This document shows, piece by piece, positions 59,339 through 64,000 of a DNA stretch of 64,000 bases. Source of the DNA: a virus; IMG/VR virus record IMGVR_UViG_3300046822_000286; one strand, 5' to 3'. The notes under the pieces are model-generated. The model was not told the DNA's origin. It searched no databases and saw only the letters and a program-made list of their open reading frames with translations. The translations under genes and the position numbers were made by a program. The stretch's first letter is position 1. The number at the start of each line of letters is the position of its first letter.

Positions 59339-60226
59339 CTAGCCCTTGCCTTCCTTGACAAGTTCGTCGGCGGCCATGCGGATCGCTTCTTCCAGGTTGC
59401 GTGGCACGCCTTCGGTTCCTTTACCGTCGCGCAGCAGTTGCTCTTGTTGCATGCGAATCTGCAGCGGTCCCCGTTCTGGGGCGCCGGCGCCTGGACCGAC
59501 AGGTCCTCCGCCGGGGACTTCGGACTGTGTCTTGTACTTCTCGACCGCCGCACGGGCGACTTCCTCGTCGTGCTTCGTGGCGATCTCGGTACCGTATTTC
59601 ATGTTGTAGGCCTCTTCGAGGCCGATCGAGCGCTTCAACTTCGCACTCTGTTCGTTGGCGTACGTGATGAGTGCTTCGTTATCCGCCTTACCAAGGCGGG
59701 TGCCGAACGTCTGCTGGTGCTTCCAGGACAGTTCGTTCAGTTCAAGGACCTGCGCGCCGATGTAGCCAGCCCACTGGGCACCGGTCTTCTCGAGGTCCTG
59801 CGCCGTGACGACGCCCTTGATCTTCTCGTCGATACCGGTCTGTAGTGCGGTGATCGTGGCGTTGAGGCGGTTGATCTCTTTTGTGATCGCGTCGTTGCCT
59901 TCAAGACCGGTGCCGCCACGGGCAGCGGTCAATTCGGCGATCCGCGCCTCTCTCTCGGCAACCATGTCGTTCGCCCGCTTGATCTCATCTTTCCACAGCC
60001 CGATATTCGTCTCCGACTGCCGGTAGAAGTCGCGGTTCTTCGTCTCCATGGCCTCGCGATCGAGTTTCAGTTGATTCGCCTGCCGCGTGTAGTCCTCGCG
60101 CGCCATCCAGTTGTTCTGGAAATCCGCCGGCGCATTGTCCATCGTCTCGATGAGGCGCTGCTTGTAGTCGTTCGTCATCGTGGCGTCAGCCTCGATGATT
60201 GCTTTCAATTTCGGATTGATCGGCAT
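59339..60226 (-). CDS. scaffolding protein
   Basis: 295 aa, highly charged coiled-coil (…REARIAELTAARGG…). AAGGAG SD. Sits between the portal-side genes and the capsid gene. Confidence 0.65.
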   Translation of the reverse strand: MPINPKLKAIIEADATMTNDYKQRLIETMDNAPADFQNNWMAREDYTRQANQLKLDREAMETKNRDFYRQSETNIGLWKDEIKRANDMVAEREARIAELTAARGGTGLEGNDAITKEINRLNATITALQTGIDEKIKGVVTAQDLEKTGAQWAGYIGAQVLELNELSWKHQQTFGTRLGKADNEALITYANEQSAKLKRSIGLEEAYNMKYGTEIATKHDEEVARAAVEKYKTQSEVPGGGPVGPGAGAPERGPLQIRMQQEQLLRDGKGTEGVPRNLEEAIRMAADELVKEGKG

Positions 60227-60300
60227 CTTGTTCTCCTTGCTTCCGGGCCCTTCGCGGCCCCAGTGGGGCTAAGCGCTACGGGCTAGCGGCTACGCTTGGT

Positions 60301-60343
60301 TTAAGAAATTAAATTGACCGATCGGGATAAAATGAGATAGGCT
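60301..60343 (+). promoter_or_regulatory. plus-strand promoter candidate with A/T box
   Basis: TTAAGAAATTAAATTG (60301..60316), TTGACC (60314..60319), 18 nt, TAGGCT (60338..60343). Confidence 0.35.
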
Positions 60344-60347
60344 GAAA

Positions 60348-60426
60348 GTGTCTAGTCCTTCAACCGCTCTCCCCGAGCGGTACTCCAACTAAAACGGCTG
60401 GCCCGGCAAGGCTGGCCGTTTTTTTT
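60348..60426 (+). ncRNA. candidate ~80-nt plus-strand sRNA (two hairpins plus U8), antisense orientation to the structural operon
   Basis: Hairpin ACCGCTC-TCCCC-GAGCGGT (60363..60381), then ACGGCUGGCC-CGGCAA-GGCUGGCCGU (60394..60419), then T8. The promoter candidate lies just upstream. Confidence 0.3.
60394..60426 (+). terminator. intrinsic terminator, stronger on the plus strand (A4-hairpin-T8; possibly bidirectional)
   Basis: A 10-bp stem that includes two G-U pairs on the plus-strand RNA; these become A-C mismatches on the minus-strand RNA. T8 follows on the plus strand but only T4 on the minus strand. Confidence 0.55.
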
Positions 60427-61061
60427 CAGAAGGAGACAGGAATCTTCGAGAGCATCGCGTCCGTTGGCGCCGGTTGTGGCGGCGGACTGATTGCCTCGGT
60501 ATCTCCCTGTACAACCTTCGGAACCTCATCGCGCATCCTCGCGATAAAACCCTGGATGTACGGCATCAACGTCGGATCGTCTTTACCGATCGACGGGAGC
60601 TTCACTTCGAGTTGCATAGCGGTGTCCATGGCCCCCATCTGACTGGTAAGGGCAGGAGGGGCAGGCTGGGCGGCCGGAGTGGAAGCCGCCCCCTGCGGGG
60701 CCGCGGCTTGGGCTGGAGGACCCGGGGCGCCGCTGGCACCTGGCGCTGGACCACCGGAGCCGGCTCCCATTTGCGCAATCGCGTTCGGGAGACCGGCCAT
60801 ATGTGCTTTCAACTCGACGTTCAACCGATCGACGTCCGGTCCCAGACTCGGCACCTGTCGGGCGATCTGGGATAAGAGGGGCTGGACGTCCAGAACCTTC
60901 GGCGTGATATCGGGACCGGTCGGCATTTGACCGCCGGCCAACTGGGCCATCAGGGCACCCAGATCCGGACCTCCGTTGCTGGAAACCGATGACGTCGGCC
61001 GCATTTGAGCGGAGACGTCAGGGGGCGGCGGAGGACCGACGCCGATATCTGGCATCGCCAT
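60426..61061 (-). CDS. hypothetical Pro/Ala/Gly-rich protein (211 aa)
   Basis: ORF between the portal and scaffold genes with a low-complexity middle. Confidence 0.65.
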   Translation of the reverse strand: MAMPDIGVGPPPPPDVSAQMRPTSSVSSNGGPDLGALMAQLAGGQMPTGPDITPKVLDVQPLLSQIARQVPSLGPDVDRLNVELKAHMAGLPNAIAQMGAGSGGPAPGASGAPGPPAQAAAPQGAASTPAAQPAPPALTSQMGAMDTAMQLEVKLPSIGKDDPTLMPYIQGFIARMRDEVPKVVQGDTEAISPPPQPAPTDAMLSKIPVSF

Positions 61062-61064
61062 CGA

Positions 61065-61253
61065 TTAGTCCTGGCCTTCGGCCTTACCGGTCGAACCCAG
61101 ACTGTTCTTGTTCGTCGTGCCGCCGGCCACGCCCTGATCCATCGGGGCGTATGTTCCGCCGGAACTGATGAAAACGTCCTTCACCGGCGATCCGTTGGAT
61201 CCTTCATCGTGACCGGGAAATCCGCCTGTGTCTTTTGCCAGTGCCATGATCAT
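61065..61253 (-). CDS. hypothetical Gly-rich protein (62 aa)
   Basis: Small ORF in the operon frame. Confidence 0.5.
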   Translation of the reverse strand: MIMALAKDTGGFPGHDEGSNGSPVKDVFISSGGTYAPMDQGVAGGTTNKNSLGSTGKAEGQD

Positions 61254-61289
61254 TCTCCTTAAAATGAAATCTGCTTCAGTGAACCAGAA

Positions 61290-61421
61290 CTACCGGCCGC
61301 CGGAGCGGTCCGATTTCTTTTCCGCCTTGCGGGCGTTCTTGTCGCTTTTCTTCCCGTCAAATTTCACCTTGATCTTGACGGATTTCGCGTCCTTCATCGG
61401 CGGCATATCAATTTTGGCCAT
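61290..61421 (-). CDS. small basic ORF (43 aa)
   Basis: Below the track cutoff. ATG 61421 with GGAG 6 nt upstream. Translates MAKIDMPPMKDAKSVKIKVKFDGKKSDKNARKAEKKSDRSGGR. Confidence 0.4.
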   Translation of the reverse strand: MAKIDMPPMKDAKSVKIKVKFDGKKSDKNARKAEKKSDRSGGR

Positions 61422-61429
61422 CGTGACTC

Positions 61430-61651
61430 CTATCGCCCGGACCGACCGCTGGAGCGACCGCTGGAGCGACCGGGCTTCTTGCCGGTCATTCGCTGCAGGG
61501 TTCCGGACAGTCGACTGAGCGCTCGCTTGTGGCGTTTGGGATCCGCATGGACTTCATCGGCGCGCATTAACGTGTTGACGTCATCACGCGTCTGATACTC
61601 GTCGTGGTCTGGGTCCATCATCGGACTGGCTACCTCTTTCGACTTTGCCAT
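61430..61651 (-). CDS. hypothetical protein (73 aa) with SSGR repeat tail
   Basis: The C-terminus GRSSGRSSGRSGR is encoded by the 12-bp tandem repeat CGACCGCTGGAG, ~2.6 copies, at 61444..61474. Confidence 0.55.
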   Translation of the reverse strand: MAKSKEVASPMMDPDHDEYQTRDDVNTLMRADEVHADPKRHKRALSRLSGTLQRMTGKKPGRSSGRSSGRSGR

Positions 61652-61670
61652 GCGTATCTCCTATCAGCCA

Positions 61671-61895
61671 CTAGACTATCCTGTGCGTCAAGCGTTTGAA
61701 GATCGGACCTTCGTAATCGATCGCCTTTTGGAGTTGCTCAGCCGGCTCGAGGCCGAGTTCCTGGCAACGCTCGATGATCATCCGCAGTGAGGCGGGGTGA
61801 CCACCGGTGGCGCGGACGGCCTGCTGGATCGATTCCTCGTCGTGGAGCACGTGATTGAGCGTCACGAGGTTGAGGTCTTTCAAGTTGAGGGCCAT
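61671..61895 (-). CDS. hypothetical protein (74 aa)
   Basis: ORF directly abutting the upstream stop. Confidence 0.55.
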   Translation of the reverse strand: MALNLKDLNLVTLNHVLHDEESIQQAVRATGGHPASLRMIIERCQELGLEPAEQLQKAIDYEGPIFKRLTHRIV

Positions 61896-62246
61896 CTATG
61901 CCGCCTTATCGTATTTACCGATTTGATCGATCAGGACGTGCATGCGGGTCAGACCTTTCAGGCACTCCTGGATCTTGATGTTGAGGTGAGTACTGTCCGT
62001 AATCTCGACCTGTCCGGGTTGGGGATCGACGTCGAACGATGCCCCACGCTGGAATTCTCCCTCTTTACCAGGGACCGATACGTACAGATTGTGCTGCGCT
62101 TTCCCGGCAGCATCCACCATGATGCCGATCCATTGCCCGATGAGGCTGTCGCCGATACGCGGGAAATTCTCCCGCGTAATGTCGACGTGCTCTTTAAACC
62201 CAGTCCAGTAGATCTTGTAACCACGGTAGGTCTCGTGTATCTCCAT
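61896..62246 (-). CDS. hypothetical protein (116 aa)
   Basis: ORF 1 nt downstream of the portal stop. Confidence 0.6.
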   Translation of the reverse strand: MEIHETYRGYKIYWTGFKEHVDITRENFPRIGDSLIGQWIGIMVDAAGKAQHNLYVSVPGKEGEFQRGASFDVDPQPGQVEITDSTHLNIKIQECLKGLTRMHVLIDQIGKYDKAA

Positions 62247-62247
62247 A

Positions 62248-64000
62248 TTATGACGGTCCTATGAGATTCTGTAACGGGTTGTCACCGCCCACGCCCCTAT
62301 GCGCCGGCATCGCTCCTGGAGGTGCCGCTCCGGCCTGCGCGGCAGCAGCATCCTTGGCCATCTGCGCGTGCTCTTTCTCGAGATTCCGCTCGACCTGTTC
62401 GTAAATCTGAGAGAGATCCAGTTTCTGGAATAACGTCTCCCGGTCCATGTCTCCCTGCCGGCGGAGCGCCATGGCGAGCATCTGATCGTCGTTCTTGTTC
62501 AAGTTTAACAGCGAACTGTCCATGATCTCGAATGGGAAGCTCGCCGCGTGGTCGGACGGATTCCGTCCAACCGGGATCATCGTCGCCTTCGACGAATCCC
62601 AGACGTCCTGATAGGTGACACCGTGACGGCCGAACAGCCACATGCGGCGCCCGAGCGGATAGAACTGGATAATGTTCGGCGTCATCTGTTCGCCGAGATC
62701 GCGGATAGCCAACGTGATGTAGCGACCGCGCAGCCGCATGATCGTCTGCTGGCTTTCCTTCAGTCCCTGCAGGGTATCGCCAGCCGGCGTCACTTTCTTG
62801 CGCGCAAGGCCACCAAGGTCCAGCAGGCCGGAATCGTCGTCTTGCTCGTTCTGCGTGTACATCAGGGTATTCTGCACGTAGCTTGGCACGATCGGCGGGT
62901 TGCCGTATTCCGGCGGGCTTGCCGCCATCGGGTTGTAACCGATCTTCGCGTTCGGCATGCTCGGATCCAACTGGTTCTTAACCGCGTCCGAGAATGCGTT
63001 GTCCGGGAAGAGCAAGGGCGGATTCACCGCCTTTTTGATCATGTCGAGAACGCCAGCCAGAATCGTGTTCACGATGTCCTGGAGTGGGATCTTGGTCCGA
63101 AGCTCGGATAGCCCGTAGAACTGCCACGGGACTGGCTTCAGGCGGATCGGGATAAACGGGAAGCGGCCGTGCCAGAAGTAATTCGGGCCGTCGTACATGA
63201 CCGTCAGGTCCGCGCCGCCGGTAATGATCAGGCGCCCGCGCGGATAGAGCGGCCCGTTCGGCTTGACCTCGTAGTACCAGTTCGAACCGGGCGTGCCCAT
63301 CTTAACGATGTTGCCAGACGTGTTAATCGAGTAATCGCGAACCCAGAATTCCCGGTACCAGGACTGCGCCAGAGCGCTCTCTCCGAATTCCCGCGGCTGA
63401 CCGATCCAGCGCTGAGCCTGCGGGCTGAGCATCTCGAACTGCGACATTCCCATGTTGGCGCGCGGACGCTGCAGGGGCTTCGCGTAACGGGTCAGATTGA
63501 GATCTGGCGTAACGAGGCTGCCGGGCCCAGGGAAGTTCCGGCGAAACCAGGCGACCGGGCGTATGGCTTCGTAGATACAGCCCTCCCAGTCCTGGAAATT
63601 GTGCGCCGGCCCGATCGGTTTCAGGTCGTACGGGCTGAGCGGAAAGACCTGGAAATCGCCTTTGCCGTTCGCGGCCAGACGGTTCCAGACGATCCGCAGG
63701 AACCCGGTCGTCAGGTAGGCGTAGATCACGGCCATGGCCAGCTGGAAGTCGACGTCGTTTTTTTTCCACCAGTATTTGATCGTCTTCGTGAGGAGTTTGG
63801 CCTGATCGTCGAACGTATCGTCGTTGGCCTTGACCTCGTAATCCGGGCTGATGTCAGTCAGAATCGCGACCGTCGCCTCCATCGATCGGAGCAACCGGTT
63901 GTTGACCGGAGACGCCTTGTAGCTCGGACGGCGCGTCGGCCACTGGTCTCCCATGAGGTAGAGGATGTCCCGCGGCAGATCCTGCAGTTCCCGGCTGTCC
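62248..64000 (-). CDS. portal protein (probably 5'-truncated by the window edge)
   Basis: More than 580 aa. The frame stays open upstream of the track's ATG 63954 to the window end (…DSRELQDLPRDILYL-MGDQW…). Its size and position upstream of scaffold and capsid suggest a portal, but no specific motif was verified. Confidence 0.6.
   Translation of the reverse strand, partial: DSRELQDLPRDILYLMGDQWPTRRPSYKASPVNNRLLRSMEATVAILTDISPDYEVKANDDTFDDQAKLLTKTIKYWWKKNDVDFQLAMAVIYAYLTTGFLRIVWNRLAANGKGDFQVFPLSPYDLKPIGPAHNFQDWEGCIYEAIRPVAWFRRNFPGPGSLVTPDLNLTRYAKPLQRPRANMGMSQFEMLSPQAQRWIGQPREFGESALAQSWYREFWVRDYSINTSGNIVKMGTPGSNWYYEVKPNGPLYPRGRLIITGGADLTVMYDGPNYFWHGRFPFIPIRLKPVPWQFYGLSELRTKIPLQDIVNTILAGVLDMIKKAVNPPLLFPDNAFSDAVKNQLDPSMPNAKIGYNPMAASPPEYGNPPIVPSYVQNTLMYTQNEQDDDSGLLDLGGLARKKVTPAGDTLQGLKESQQTIMRLRGRYITLAIRDLGEQMTPNIIQFYPLGRRMWLFGRHGVTYQDVWDSSKATMIPVGRNPSDHAASFPFEIMDSSLLNLNKNDDQMLAMALRRQGDMDRETLFQKLDLSQIYEQVERNLEKEHAQMAKDAAAAQAGAAPPGAMPAHRGVGGDNPLQNLIGPS

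Noticed and set aside
1-64000. tRNA genes, integrase/att sites, IS elements
   Set aside because: Intergenic spaces are mostly under 40 nt, and the longer ones contain promoter/terminator-like sequence without cloverleaf potential. No recombinase or transposase motifs were seen, so prophage versus free phage cannot be decided from this window.

Overview
High-GC 64-kb stretch that reads as most of a tailed-phage or prophage genome with a podovirus-like layout: there is no tape-measure, tube or sheath gene, and there are internal/ejection proteins plus tailspikes. About 70 tightly packed genes, many with overlapping start/stop codons, lie on the minus strand; only one small CDS and one candidate sRNA are on the plus strand. 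Reading the minus strand from 64000 downwards: (1) portal (partial), six small ORFs, scaffold, major capsid and two small head-associated proteins. (2) An intrinsic terminator and a separate promoter, then a ~12.5-kb accessory operon with 4-5 glycosyltransferases, three SAM-methyltransferase domains, a DegT-type sugar aminotransferase and a GNAT, plus a Gp37/Gp68 (DUF5131) protein and a YHS-domain fusion. (3) Three structural proteins, three paralogous beta-helix tailspikes sharing an N-terminal anchor, a 1,181-aa tail protein and a fibre. (4) An ejection-protein module: a GNAT, 187-aa and 641-aa proteins, and one uninterrupted 4,823-aa ORF. That ORF carries a histidine-phosphatase-like domain, a GHKL ATPase, an HExxH zincin, an N6-adenine methyltransferase and an SNF2/DEAD-type helicase (a P1 DarB-like core within a polyvalent protein). 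(5) A four-gene cluster in which three proteins carry Sec-type signal peptides, including a beta-helix/FN3 enzyme. (6) A lysis cassette (GH24 endolysin, 3TM-type holin) and small accessory genes. (7) A convergent/divergent switch region. (8) An early recombination module: HTH regulator, phiC31 gp3-like protein, Cas4-like PD-(D/E)XK nuclease, Rad50/SbcC-like ATPase, ASCH protein, RuvC-like resolvase and a partial PAPS-reductase-like gene. I saw no rRNA, tRNA, CRISPR array, integrase, terminase or polymerase in the window. The best candidates for novelty are the giant multi-enzyme virion protein and the sugar-tailoring operon inserted between the head and tail modules. All functional calls come from motifs recognised by eye and no database search was run, so treat family names as hypotheses.
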